Shown here one piece after another: positions 31,350-43,250 of a stretch of 64,000 nt of DNA; within the stretch, counting starts at the first letter, position 1, and the number at the start of each line of letters is the position of its first letter. Source of the stretch: an uncultured Bacillota bacterium (GTDB taxonomy: Bacteria; Bacillota; DTU025; MWDF01); the NCBI GenBank assembly GCA_963823655.1, contig CAWGMK010000007.1, positions 160,001 to 224,000 on the forward strand. Reading direction: 5' to 3'. Under the pieces are notes generated by a model that was given only the letters and a program-made list of their open reading frames with translations, was not told where the DNA came from and did no database searches. The position numbers were made by a program, and so were the translations under genes.

Positions 31350-31976
31350 ATGAAAGTATTATTGGTAAATGGCAGCGCGCACGCAAAAGGTTGCACTTAC
31401 ACGGCTCTAAGCGAGGTTGCAGGCGCATTGGACAAACAAGGCATCAGCACAGAGATCTACCAGTTGGGTACGAAGCCTATATCAGGTTGCCTGGGGTGCG
31501 GTACCTGCAAGAAGACCGGCCGGTGCTTCATGGATGATTCGGTGAACGAATTTTCCGAGATGGCGCTGAAGGCGGACGGCTTTGTTTTTGGCTCCCCGGT
31601 ATATTACGCATCTGCTTCCGGAATATTGATTTCCTTCATGGATAGGCTGTTCTATTCGAGCAACGCTATCCAAAAGTTTTCTTACAAGCCCGCTGCAGCC
31701 GTCGTCAGCGCGCGCCGCGCAGGCACTACTGCCTCATTCGACCAGATCAACAAGTACTTCTCCATTAACAGGATGCCGATCGTGTCGTCGCAATATTGGA
31801 ACATGGTCCATGGGAATACACCGGAGGAAGTCATGCAGGACCTGGAAGGGATGCAGATAATGCGTACTCTGGGTAATAACATGGCTTGGCTTATAAAATC
31901 CATAGAGGCCGGCAAAGCGGCAGGGTTGCCTTTGCCCGAAAGAGAAGAGCCTGCCCGCACGAACTTCATTCGTTAG
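31350..31976 (+). CDS. Iron-sulfur flavoprotein / NADPH-dependent FMN reductase family
   Basis: NGSAH..GCT, CLGCGTC....C, GSPVYY, QDLEGMQIMR. Confidence 0.88.
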   Translation: MKVLLVNGSAHAKGCTYTALSEVAGALDKQGISTEIYQLGTKPISGCLGCGTCKKTGRCFMDDSVNEFSEMALKADGFVFGSPVYYASASGILISFMDRLFYSSNAIQKFSYKPAAAVVSARRAGTTASFDQINKYFSINRMPIVSSQYWNMVHGNTPEEVMQDLEGMQIMRTLGNNMAWLIKSIEAGKAAGLPLPEREEPARTNFIR

Positions 31977-32011
31977 TTGTGGCAACAAATGGGATCGAAA
32001 GGCGGAGCAAA

Positions 32012-32614
32012 ATGAAAAAGACAGCGCTGATGATCATGGCCCTGATATTAATCTCAGCACCCGTCTGCGCATTCACCATGAGGAATGAGCCTTTGGGGTG
32101 GCTCGGCTGGCAATGGGGAATGCCGTTAAACGACATCAAGGGCTGGCTATACTACAACGGACAACTGGCCCTGCCATTTGTAGGCGCCACGAACAATGCC
32201 ATATACACCAGGCAAGGGCAGGATAATGTTTATTTCGGACACGAATGGCTTGATACTTACTATGTTTTTGAGAAAAGCAAGCTTTGCGCCGTCATGCTGG
32301 TAACGGATGATTGCACTGATATAGGCCGGGCCATTTCCTTCTTCGGCCGCAATGTGGGTACTAACGATGCCAAGCAACCGATGTCCTTCTATGGGCCGGG
32401 CGGCGCAGAGGTGTTCTCAAGGGTTTCAGAGGAAAGCAGGAGCAAGATATTCTATTACGCAGCGGCGAAGGGCACATACGCCTCCTTCCTGTATATCAGC
32501 GGGCCCACCATGTTTCTTAAGCCTGAAGAAGTGCTGACAGCAAAGCATTACGTCATCATAGGGGAAAAGGATTATGTGGATAGGCTGATCGATATGGTGG
32601 CAGAAGGCCAGTAG
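32012..32614 (+). CDS. Secreted hypothetical protein
   Basis: GGAG RBS; signal peptide MKKTALMI...VCA. Confidence 0.6.
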   Translation: MKKTALMIMALILISAPVCAFTMRNEPLGWLGWQWGMPLNDIKGWLYYNGQLALPFVGATNNAIYTRQGQDNVYFGHEWLDTYYVFEKSKLCAVMLVTDDCTDIGRAISFFGRNVGTNDAKQPMSFYGPGGAEVFSRVSEESRSKIFYYAAAKGTYASFLYISGPTMFLKPEEVLTAKHYVIIGEKDYVDRLIDMVAEGQ

Positions 32615-32677
32615 ATCTCATGCATGAGCATGCACGCCCGCCGCACTCGCGCATTGACAACTAAGTACTGTCTTCTG

Positions 32678-33214
32678 CTATAAAGATGCGTTTACATTGT
32701 CCAGCCAGGCAGCAATGTCTTTACCTGCGTCATTTACCCTGCTCCCCCGAATTGCCAGCCCCTTTTGCAACTTTGACTTAGGGCACAGCTTAGCGATGTC
32801 CTTCTCGCTGCGCCCGAGGCCGCTTCCTTCATGCGTGCAGAACGGCAAGAGAACCTTGTCCGAAAAATCATATCCTTCAAGAAAAGTAAACACAGGCATC
32901 GGCATCGTTCCCCACCAGTTAGGATAGCCGAGGAAGATTACATCATAAGATGAGATGCTATCCAAATCGGCGGAAAGCTTTGGCCTTGCATTCGCCCGCA
33001 GCTCGTTCCCGGCTACATCGGTCGCCTCATTGTAGTCCGCCGGGTATGGACTTATGGATTCGATGCGAAAAAGCTCTCCCCCGACTATTCCATGTATCAT
33101 TTCAGCTGCAATCTTGGTATTGCCGACCGGCAAATCCACAATCTTTCCGGCGACATAATTGTTGCCTTCACGCGAGAAGTAAGCGATAAGGCACCTCTTC
33201 TTGAAAATGCCCAT
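32678..33214 (-). CDS. Flavodoxin (Flavodoxin_4-like)
   Basis: AYFSREGN, GNT, LGYPNWWG, PFCTHEGSG. Confidence 0.88.
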   Translation of the reverse strand: MGIFKKRCLIAYFSREGNNYVAGKIVDLPVGNTKIAAEMIHGIVGGELFRIESISPYPADYNEATDVAGNELRANARPKLSADLDSISSYDVIFLGYPNWWGTMPMPVFTFLEGYDFSDKVLLPFCTHEGSGLGRSEKDIAKLCPKSKLQKGLAIRGSRVNDAGKDIAAWLDNVNASL

Positions 33215-33419
33215 TATGTGCACCTCCACTTTCAACCGGGTTTGTCGTCTTCCGCTTATGTTTCAAGAATTTCAAAGGGAATACAACCTTGCCGCTATCC
33301 ATATCCATGATAGAACTTTTGTGGCCAGTTCGCCCGGGCACAGTTCTTAAACCTGCTTGCTTGACTATGACTTCTCACGAGTATAAGAATTCCCTTTTGA
33401 TATTTCGAGAAAGGGATAT

Positions 33420-33437
33420 AATGAATACTAATACAAT
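33420..33437 (+). promoter_or_regulatory. ARG-box-like operator overlapping a TATAAT upstream of proB
   Basis: AATGAATACTAATACAAT resembles the ArgR consensus TGAATAwwwATnCA. Confidence 0.5.
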
Positions 33438-33552
33438 TTGAGGCCATAGATATGAAACATGGCCGGCCTGCGCTAATCCGGCCCCAAGGCGTCTGAACCC
33501 ATGAAGGCACAGCTTTACGGACGAGTCCGCCGACGGCCATGAAGGAGATTAT

Positions 33553-34330
33553 ATGAGGATAGTTATAAAAATCGGGACTTCAACTATAGCACATCCACAG
33601 GGCAGCTCAACATCCGCCGCATGGAGAAGATGTGCAAGGTGCTCTCCGACCTTAAGAACGTCGGCAATGAGATCGTGCTCGTATCCTCTGGCGCCATAGG
33701 CATGGGCGTGGGCAAGCTGCAGATGAAGCAGCGTCCGAAAGACATGCCCACCAAACAGGCGGCCGCTGCGATCGGGCAATGCGAGCTGATGTACACCTAC
33801 GACAAGCTTTTCTCCGAATACCGCCACACCGTGGCCCAGATCCTGCTGACTCGAAGCGACATAGACCAGAAGGACCGCAAGACGAATTTCCAAAACACCA
33901 TCCACCGCCTGTTTGAGCTGGGCGCGATGCCCGATTATAAATGAGAACGATACGGTGGCAACCGAGGAGATATCCATCGGCGACAATGACACCCTTTCTG
34001 CGGTCGTTGCCGCTGCAATAAAGGCGGACCTGCTAATACTTGCTGTCCGATATCGACGGGCTTTACACCGCCGATCCCAAAAAGGACCCTTCTGCGAAGA
34101 TGATAAACAGGGTGGAGGAGATCACCCCGGAGATACTGGCTTTGGCTGACGGCAAGGGCTCGGAGCTTGGAACAGGCGGCATGGCCACGAAGCTGCGCGC
34201 AGCCCAGATCACGACCGAGGCCGGCATAGACATGATCATCGCAAACAGCGAGGACCCCGACATACTTTACGCCATCCTGGACGGCAAAGAGGTGGGCACA
34301 AGGTTCGTCAAAAAGGGGCTGGGCTCATGA
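33553..34330 (+). CDS. proB: Glutamate 5-kinase (no PUA domain), split by about three frameshifts
   Basis: [51 protein letters not shown] across frames. Confidence 0.9.
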
Positions 34331-35584
34331 GCACGCAGGAGATAATGAGGCAGGCGAAAACAGCATGGCCAAACCTTGCCAAAGCATCCTCACAGAAGAA
34401 GGATGAGGCGCTCCTTCGCATGGCAGACGCCCTGATTTCGAACGCTGACACGATAATCGCGGCCAACATAGAAGATGTCGAGGCAGCCAAAGGCTCCATT
34501 TCCGAGGTCATGCTGGACAGGCTGAGCCTGAATAAGGCCAGGATCGAAGCTATGGCGGACGGCATCCGGCAGGTGGCCAAGCTGCCCGATCCTGTCGGCA
34601 AGGTGATAAGCAGGATAGAACGACCCAACGGGCTGGTCATAGAAAAGACCAGCGTCCCGATGGGCGTAATCGCCATAATATATGAGAGCAGGCCCAACGT
34701 CAGCTCCGATGCCGCAGCCCTTGCCTTGAAGTCGGGCAATGCGTGCATACTTAGAAGCGGCAAGGAGGCCTTCCGTTCCGCAAATGCCATCGTACTTGCG
34801 ATGCAAGAGGGGCTTGCGGAAGCAGGATTGGACAAAAAACTGGTACAGCTGGTGCAGGACACCTCCAGGCAGAGCGCGCGCGACCTGATGACGGGAGTGG
34901 GCTTTATCGACCTGCTCATCCCCCGCGGCGGGGCGGAGCTCATCCGCGCCTGCATAGAGGGGGCGAAAGTCCCCTGCATCCAGACGGGCACCGGCATCTG
35001 CCACATATATGTAGACTCCGAGGCCGATTTGGAGATGGCTTGCAGGATCATAGAAAATGCCAAGGCGAGCCGCCCTTCGGTGTGCAATGCGGCAGAAGTA
35101 TGCCTTAGTCCATAAGGATATCGCAGAAACCTTCCTGCCCAGGCTGCAAAAGCAGCTCGTCTCAGAACGCAGGCAAAGAGGGCAAAAAGAGATCGAACTG
35201 AGGCTGGATGAGAAGGCGCAGAAGATAATAGCAGGTGTATCCGCCGGCCCGACGGATTTCGATACAGAGTTTCTGGATTACATCCTCGCCGTGAAAATCG
35301 TAGGCGGGGTTGAGGAAGCCATCGACCATATCGCCCTGCACTCCACAGGGCACAGCGAGGCCATCATAACGGAAAACAGCGCGACCGCGAAGCAATTCAC
35401 CCTATCGGTGGACAGCGCGGCCGTTTACGTTAACGCCTCGACCAGGTTCACAGACGGCGGGGAGTTCGGCCTGGGTTGCGAAATGGGCATATCCACACAG
35501 AAACTGCACGCTCGCGGACCCATCGGGCTTGAGGAACTGACGACATACAAATATATAATCCACGGCAACGGCCAGATTAGATGA
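34327..35584 (+). CDS. proA: Gamma-glutamyl phosphate reductase, one frameshift near 35105
   Basis: [44 protein letters not shown]. Confidence 0.92.
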
Positions 35585-36402
35585 GGTGCATCATGATTGA
35601 CAGGAAGACCGGCTTCATTGGAACGGGCAATATGGGCAGCGCTTTGGTCAAAGCGGCGGCAAAAGCCATCGGAAAGGCAGACCTGCTGATAAGCGACCGT
35701 ACTGCCTCAAAGGCGGAGGCCCTGGCAGCGGAGGCCGGAGCTACTGTTTCCAGCAACAATGCGATTGCTTCAAGCTGCGGTACGATATTCCTCGGAGTTA
35801 AGCCTCAGATGATGTCGGAGATGCTTGGCGAAATTGCCCCTGCCTTGAAATCGAGGACGGACGATTTTGTGCTGGTTTCCATGGCGGCTGGAGTCACCAT
35901 CGAGCGCATACGCTCTATGGCAGGAGGCGACTACCCCGTAATCCGCATAATGCCCAACCTCGCAGTTACGGTGGGCGAGAGCATGATACTCTACTCCGTG
36001 AGCGAAAATGTCCCGGCGGACGGGGTAGCGGGCTTTCGCGATATGCTTCGATTTGCCGGAGCCTTCGACGAGCTTCCTGAAAGCCTGATGGATGTAGGGT
36101 GCGCCATATCGGGCTGCGGCCCTGCATTTGTATTCATGTTCATTGAGGCCCTCTCCGACGGAGCCGTTGGATGCGGCCTGCCGCGCGAAAAGGCCATGAA
36201 ATATGCGGCACAGACGCTATATGGCGCATCCAAGCTTATGCTTGTAAGCGGCAAACATCCTGCCGAGCTTAAGGACCAGGTCGCAAACCCGGGCGGCGCC
36301 ACAATAGTGGGAATCCATGCGCTTGAGAACCGCGGCTTCAGGGCCGCCGCCATAGAAGCTATAAATTCTGCATACCAGAAGACGATAAAACTGGGCAAAT
36401 AG
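35581..36402 (+). CDS. proC: Pyrroline-5-carboxylate reductase
   Basis: [32 protein letters not shown]. Confidence 0.93.
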   Translation: MRCIMIDRKTGFIGTGNMGSALVKAAAKAIGKADLLISDRTASKAEALAAEAGATVSSNNAIASSCGTIFLGVKPQMMSEMLGEIAPALKSRTDDFVLVSMAAGVTIERIRSMAGGDYPVIRIMPNLAVTVGESMILYSVSENVPADGVAGFRDMLRFAGAFDELPESLMDVGCAISGCGPAFVFMFIEALSDGAVGCGLPREKAMKYAAQTLYGASKLMLVSGKHPAELKDQVANPGGATIVGIHALENRGFRAAAIEAINSAYQKTIKLGK

Positions 36403-36421
36403 CCAACAATACCGCGCATTT

Positions 36422-36467
36422 GGCAGGCAAGCGGATTTTGCTTATGAATCCGCTTGCCTGCCTTTTT
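36422..36467 (+). terminator. Intrinsic terminator of proBAC
   Basis: GGCAGGCAAGCGGATT/AATCCGCTTGCCTGCC 16-bp stem followed by T-run. Confidence 0.85.
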
Positions 36468-36518
36468 GCATTCACAAAATCGCGTTACCTCTTATCAGTG
36501 CGATAACCTAACTTCCGT

Positions 36519-36566
36519 TTGACTATAATGAATAAATATACTAATATAGATGAATAACTACACAAA
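36519..36566 (+). promoter_or_regulatory. argG promoter with tandem ARG-box-like sites
   Basis: TTGACT, then AATGAATAAATATACTAA (36527-36544) and GATGAATAACTACACAAA (36549-36566). Confidence 0.6.
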
Positions 36567-36585
36567 TTCCTTGGAGGGTATTCCT

Positions 36586-37806
<1,221 letters not shown>

Positions 37807-37824
37807 ATTCTTGCGAGGTAAAAC

Positions 37825-39207
37825 ATGGGCAAGATTTGGGCTGGCAGGCTTGCAGGCGATCTGGATGAGAGGGCGGATGATTTCAACTCCTCGATTAGCT
37901 TTGACGGCCTGCTCTACAGGCACGACATAGAGGGCTCGATCGCGCATGCCAAGATGCTTGCCGCGAAGGGCATAATCGGCGAAGACGACGCAAAAGCCAT
38001 CACCGAGGCCCTTGCCGGCATACTCGAAGAGCTGGAAGACGGCAGGCTTGAGCTGGATATGGGCTGCGAGGACATCCATACATTCGTAGAGCAGGTGCTG
38101 ACTGAGCGCATCGGGGAAGCGGGCAAGAAGCTCCATACGGCAAGGAGCCGCAACGACCAGGTGGCGCTCGATATGCGCATGTATCTGAGGGATGAGGCCC
38201 AAGAGGTCATCGTTCTCATCAAAGACCTGCTGGGCGCAATCGTCGGCAAAGCGGAAGCACATAAGACGTCCATAATGCCGGGCTACACCCACCTGCAGCG
38301 TGCGCAGCCGATTACTTTCGGGCATCATCTTCTGGCCTATGCTATGATGCTGATTCGCGACATCGACAGGCTGGAGGACGCTATCGCCCGTATGAACGTT
38401 TCGCCAATAGGCTGCTGCGCCCTGGCGGGCACCACCTACGATATAGACCGCGATATGGAGGCGAAGCTGCTGGGCTTCGACGGCATCGCGCAAAACAGCT
38501 TGGACGGAGTGTCCGACAGGGACTTCTGCATAGAGCTTCAGGGCGCTTTCGCAATCATAATGATGCATCTCTCGCGCTTTGCGGAGGAGTTGATCCTCTG
38601 GTCATCTTTCGAGTTCAGATTCGTTGAATTGGACGCCGGCTATACGACGGGCTCATCCATCATGCCGCAGAAGAAGAACCCCGATGTGGCGGAGCTAGTC
38701 CGCGGCAAGACGGGCAGGGTCTATGGGAATCTGATGGCTACGCTTACTATGATGAAGGGGCTCCCCCTTGCCTATAACAAGGATATGCAGGAGGACAAGG
38801 AGGCAATAATCGACAGCCTGGGGACCGTGAAGAAAAGCCTTGGAGTCTTCGCCCCGATGATAGCCACGATGCATGTAAATACCGACAGCATGATGAAAGC
38901 GGCCCAGACTGGTTTCATGAATGCGACCGACCTTGCCGACTACCTGGTGAAAAAGGGAATGCCGTTTCGCAGCGCCTATAAGATAGCCGGGCAGGTCGTG
39001 GCTAAATGCATATCCGAGGACAAAATCCTCGAGACATTGGCCCTTGAGGAATACAAGCATTTCAGCGAGCTGTTCGATGCCGGCCTTTATGATGAGATCG
39101 ACCTTAAAGCATGCGTAGAGAAGCGTATATCGAAGGGCGGCACTTCAAAGCAATCGGTTGAGGCACAGATAGAATTCGTCAAGGAATTCCTGAAAGAACG
39201 AGTATAG
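37825..39207 (+). CDS. argH: Argininosuccinate lyase
   Basis: HTARSRNDQ, PGYTHLQRAQP, GSSIMPQKKNPD, YNKDMQEDK. Confidence 0.96.
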   Translation: MGKIWAGRLAGDLDERADDFNSSISFDGLLYRHDIEGSIAHAKMLAAKGIIGEDDAKAITEALAGILEELEDGRLELDMGCEDIHTFVEQVLTERIGEAGKKLHTARSRNDQVALDMRMYLRDEAQEVIVLIKDLLGAIVGKAEAHKTSIMPGYTHLQRAQPITFGHHLLAYAMMLIRDIDRLEDAIARMNVSPIGCCALAGTTYDIDRDMEAKLLGFDGIAQNSLDGVSDRDFCIELQGAFAIIMMHLSRFAEELILWSSFEFRFVELDAGYTTGSSIMPQKKNPDVAELVRGKTGRVYGNLMATLTMMKGLPLAYNKDMQEDKEAIIDSLGTVKKSLGVFAPMIATMHVNTDSMMKAAQTGFMNATDLADYLVKKGMPFRSAYKIAGQVVAKCISEDKILETLALEEYKHFSELFDAGLYDEIDLKACVEKRISKGGTSKQSVEAQIEFVKEFLKERV

Positions 39208-39306
39208 AAATTGGCCTGCTATCAGGGTTCTTCGGAGACATTCGGCTTCAGGCCGGCATTACTTGTTTAGTTCCGCCGATGTATTCGTGAATTCGCCAGA
39301 AATGAT

Positions 39307-39339
39307 GAACAGGGGGCATGTAAGATATGCTCCCTGTTC
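39307..39339. terminator. Stem-loop between argH and the convergent lipoprotein gene
   Basis: GAACAGGGGGCATG/TATGCTCCCTGTTC. Confidence 0.55.
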
Positions 39340-39445
39340 GTTAATTCCTAGCTATATTTCCTAGAATCTCTGGTTCTATGGGCCTTAGACCAATCTGTCG
39401 ATAGAAATGCGCAATTACACCGGTTAGTAAGTCTTTGCTTCTACA

Positions 39446-40129
39446 TTACCTGGCCATTATATTATTGCCCTTGTAATCGACCTGGATGCTTTCTATCTCG
39501 ACGTAATTTTCAAACCCTTCGAAATCGGGTTCGACCAGGATGTTCGGGCAGAACCAGTCCGAATCATAATATGTCAGCTCAAGCTCCTGAATCAGAGTCG
39601 AATTGATGGTGATAGAAACGTCATTGCCATTCTTTACAATTACCATCGTGTTGGCCCCGGTTCGGTTCAGTCCCGGCACAAGGCCTGTGGAGTTCATATG
39701 AACCACCATGCTCGGAAAATCATCATGGTCTGTTATCGTAATCCTCTCTTCTGTTGACGGATCAGCTGCGATGTTGTCAAACTCGATCGCGAAGTGATTA
39801 CTGCCGGGGCCGAATCCCTTTTCGAATACGCCATCGGCAAGTATAAAAGAGAAGAATGCCGTATGGCTGCTGTCCAGGTTCAGATTGAATGCTATCGTGA
39901 CGGTGAAATCGCCGGAGAACATATTCGGACAGGCGATCACCATATCATGCAACCTGACGCCGCTATCGACGAAATCGTGCCCTACTCCCTCGAAGTACCA
40001 TTCATCAACCCCCTCGCCGAAGTCGCCCTCAAGCTCGAAGCTATAGACATACTCCAGCGTTTTGCAGCCGCATGTCAGCGCCAATGCCATTGCAAACATG
40101 ATTACCAGAACCATCCTGAACGATCTCAT
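39446..40129 (-). CDS. Lipoprotein, beta-sandwich family paralog D
   Basis: Start MRSFRM after a G-rich RBS; LTCGC lipobox; CPNMFSGDFT; VPGLNRTGANTMVIVKNGN; IESIQVDYKGN. Confidence 0.72.
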   Translation of the reverse strand: MRSFRMVLVIMFAMALALTCGCKTLEYVYSFELEGDFGEGVDEWYFEGVGHDFVDSGVRLHDMVIACPNMFSGDFTVTIAFNLNLDSSHTAFFSFILADGVFEKGFGPGSNHFAIEFDNIAADPSTEERITITDHDDFPSMVVHMNSTGLVPGLNRTGANTMVIVKNGNDVSITINSTLIQELELTYYDSDWFCPNILVEPDFEGFENYVEIESIQVDYKGNNIMAR

Positions 40130-40380
40130 CAGTCCACCCCCCCTTTTAGTGGATATGCTTTCCGCATTGCACGAATTACTCCTGCAGCAGTTGAAAAAAT
40201 GGATGCGCAGAAAAAAGAAGGGCAAATATGTCAGGTTATCCCGAAGGAAGCCAAGCTCGCTTTTTCGGCGTATATTGCGCAGAGGAAGACCCAAAAAGTA
40301 TCGCAAATCTAGACCAGAGACTTAAACAAAATGGGGAGGGGTTAATGCCCTCCCCATCTATGAGCTGTGTTTTGTTACAG

Positions 40381-41034
40381 CTAAATCGAATTGCCCTTCT
40401 CATACTTCACTTTGACGCTACTCAGATAGAAGCCGGCATCGGCAGTGAAGCCCGTGTGGCGCACATACAGGTAGGGCCTGTAGTATTCGGCCAGATTTCC
40501 GCCGTCGATGTTGAAATTCCCGGTGCTAAACCCATTGATCAGCACATTTATTGCGTTGCCAGTCCTTCTTATCGTGAACTCATTAACGCCATCCTCCATG
40601 CCGTCCGGGCCCCAGGACCTGTCATCCCAGATATTCGGATTTGCACCTTGCCCAACGCTGTGCCTTGCGGTAAGAAGGTCGAAGTACTCTGTAACAATGC
40701 CTGCATGGTGGCCTATGGAGCTGGCATTGCCGTCTACTATAAAGAATGTGAAGTCCACATAATCCGTATCCGTTACGGGAAGCTCTATTTCGAATTCGAA
40801 AGTGCATTCGAAATCGCCTTTGAACGAAATGGGAGCAGCCATGGCCATATCGTCGATTAGAAGGCCTTTATCCGAGAAGCTGTAATCCGAACCCTCCGTG
40901 CCCCAGATGCCTTCTTCATCAAGGAATGTTTGTTCATCGGCAAAATCATGGGAATAGGTAACTTTACAGCCTGTTAAAAGGGCAACCAGCATGATGATAA
41001 TGACCAGGATAGTGCCTTTTACTATTGCGCGCAT
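40381..41034 (-). CDS. Lipoprotein, beta-sandwich family paralog E
   Basis: AAGGAGG RBS; LLTGC lipobox; APISFKGDFE; GVNEFTIRRTGNAINVLING; FYLSSVKVKYEKGN. Confidence 0.75.
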   Translation of the reverse strand: MRAIVKGTILVIIIMLVALLTGCKVTYSHDFADEQTFLDEEGIWGTEGSDYSFSDKGLLIDDMAMAAPISFKGDFECTFEFEIELPVTDTDYVDFTFFIVDGNASSIGHHAGIVTEYFDLLTARHSVGQGANPNIWDDRSWGPDGMEDGVNEFTIRRTGNAINVLINGFSTGNFNIDGGNLAEYYRPYLYVRHTGFTADAGFYLSSVKVKYEKGNSI

Positions 41035-41152
41035 AGTTTTTCCTCCTTCGAATTTCGCCTGAAGCCATACTTATACTTAGTCATATAGGCCCCTAATCCT
41101 GCATAGATGCAAGAAAATCCAAATCGTTCAGCTTGGATTCCAGTACCAGACA

Positions 41153-41893
41153 TCAGCCCTTCCTTGCGTACAGGCATAGCCTTCCTTTTTTGCCGCATGC
41201 ATCGATTACTTTCAGGAAACTTAGGACATTCAAAGCTGTTTGGGCATGCTTGCGGCTTATTGCAGCGCTTTTAGCGAAGTCGGCGCTGGTGAAAACCGAA
41301 GGCAGGTTCTCCGGCACAAGCGAGGAGTAGTCTTCGGGACCGCTTATTAAAAGCTCCTGCTCGAGGCCGAGAGGCAGGCGGTCGCATCTGCTGGAGCCCT
41401 TCTTCCTGTCATCGCTCCAGCCGTTCAGAAGCCTGTACTCCTCCATGTCGACCAGCATGATGAGCAAGGACAGGTTCGGGTGCGCAAGCAAGGGCTTGAT
41501 ACGATAAAGCTCGTAGAAAGCATCGTAGATGTTGCCGTGCTTCGGCGAGAGGCGAGGCTTCGAAACCTGCCCATCTGCAGGATCGATCCAAAGCAGCCAT
41601 TTTCTAGCGGGCAAAGGATAGACTATTGTTACCTTGTGTCCGGGCAGGAAGGCCCCAAGCTTGGCGCGGAGCTTATTGAACTGCCGTGTCTGGATTTCGA
41701 AGATGTGATCGCCGGAGAGTATATCGGCGAAAAAGGAGCCCAACTTTATCTCATGCTTTGCTAAATCCGGTTCCAAATAGAGCTTGATGGTGGCATGCAG
41801 GGCCTTTTCGCCGAGCGTGCCGATGCCGTTTGCGGCAGGGTTTCCTTCAATGAAAGCAAGGCGCGCAGATTCGAACCGGGCTTTATCCATCAT
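41153..41893 (-). CDS. Hypothetical protein with a restriction-endonuclease-like motif and a possible C-terminal winged helix
   Basis: GTLGEKALH; FADIL-x4-IFEIQT; C-terminal FTSADFAK...AQTALNVL...GKKGRLCLY. Confidence 0.65.
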   Translation of the reverse strand: MMDKARFESARLAFIEGNPAANGIGTLGEKALHATIKLYLEPDLAKHEIKLGSFFADILSGDHIFEIQTRQFNKLRAKLGAFLPGHKVTIVYPLPARKWLLWIDPADGQVSKPRLSPKHGNIYDAFYELYRIKPLLAHPNLSLLIMLVDMEEYRLLNGWSDDRKKGSSRCDRLPLGLEQELLISGPEDYSSLVPENLPSVFTSADFAKSAAISRKHAQTALNVLSFLKVIDACGKKGRLCLYARKG

Positions 41894-42162
41894 TAAGGTA
41901 CCTCTTCGTAAGACTTGGATAATGAAAACGACGCCTGGTTACATTGATAGCATACCGCTTGTCCGAATTAGATAGGAGAGGGCTTATCATTCGAAAGGCT
42001 TGATCTTTCGCATGGCTATGACATCAAATGAAATGATAAATGAGAGTGAAATCTGCTGTCTTCCTCACTATGGGAGCTCATCCAAAATTACTTTAAGAAA
42101 TGTCGGCTTTTAAGTTATCATCATTAGTATGACGGATAGGGCCACTCGTTGGAGGTGATTGT

Positions 42163-43011
42163 ATGCCTAACATTCAAGCCTCAGCGCAGATTCTCCGCGA
42201 ATATGAGAATCTGAAGCCGGTAGGAAAAAGGCTTGCCAATTACATCATGGATAACGAAAGGGAAGTCATACACCTTTCAATTACGGAGCTTGCCGAGAGG
42301 GCCGACGTGAGCGAGACTACAGTGATAAGATTCTGCAGGCAATTGGGGTATGAGGGCTATCAGGACTTTAAAATCAGGACAGCCCAGGGGATGGTACCGG
42401 AACTGAGCAATATACATGAGGATCTTTCCGAAGGCGACAGCCCGAGATCTGTATTGAAGAAGGTGTTCGCATCCTCCATAAGCGCGATCGAGGATACACT
42501 TCAAATCATTGACGAGGTGGCCTTCGACAAGGCGGCAACAGCCATCGCAAATGCAACGAGGATAGTATTTTCGGGCGAAGGCGGGTCGGGTATCATCGCG
42601 AAAGATGCGGAGCACAAATTCATAAGGCTCGGAATTCCGACATGCTCCAACCTGGATCCCTATATGAGGCTTGCAGCCGCGACTTTGATGAAACCGTCTG
42701 AAGTAATGTTAAGCATCTCACACAGCGGAAGCACTAAGAACATCGTTGAGGCATTATCGCTGGCAAAGAAAAGCGGAGCGACAACAATCTGTATCACGCA
42801 ATATCAAAAGTCACCAATCACAAAAGTCGCCGACATAGTGCTGACAGTATTCTCAAAAGAGGTAGAGTACAGAAGCGAAGCCATGGGCTCGAGAATTGCC
42901 CAGCTTTGTGTAATTGACAGCTTGTATGTAGAAGTTGCAAAGAGGCTTAGGGAGAAATCATGGGACACGATTAAAAAGGTCCGTGAAGCACAAGTTACTC
43001 TTAGGTATTAA
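42163..43011 (+). CDS. RpiR/MurR family transcriptional regulator
   Basis: SITELAERADVSETTVIRFCRQLGYEGY HTH; SIS domain ISHSGST, SPITKVADI. Confidence 0.93.
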   Translation: MPNIQASAQILREYENLKPVGKRLANYIMDNEREVIHLSITELAERADVSETTVIRFCRQLGYEGYQDFKIRTAQGMVPELSNIHEDLSEGDSPRSVLKKVFASSISAIEDTLQIIDEVAFDKAATAIANATRIVFSGEGGSGIIAKDAEHKFIRLGIPTCSNLDPYMRLAAATLMKPSEVMLSISHSGSTKNIVEALSLAKKSGATTICITQYQKSPITKVADIVLTVFSKEVEYRSEAMGSRIAQLCVIDSLYVEVAKRLREKSWDTIKKVREAQVTLRY

Positions 43012-43194
43012 CGTCGCCTAATTAAATAACAGCTCATATCAATATCGCCCATCTATGCCAATGGAATATGGGTTGTCGGGTGAGCATCCCCTGGTTCTCA
43101 GCCCTGTGTCGAAATACTTTGTGAAGAAAAATATATTTCTTTTTTGGTAATTAGGAAGGAATATTTTATTTTTGCGTGTATACTTATATATAAG

Positions 43195-43216
43195 TTTCGA
43201 TAAATATTGATCGAAA
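43195..43216. promoter_or_regulatory. 22-bp near-perfect palindrome, candidate operator
   Basis: TTTCGATAAATATTGATCGAAA (20/22 self-complementary) about 35 bp before the tctC start. Confidence 0.5.
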
Positions 43217-43250
43217 TCATTCTCGATGAAAATAAGGGAGGTAGCAGACC

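Noticed and set aside
33300-33552. T-box upstream of proB
   Set aside because: No T-box consensus, specifier stem or terminator.
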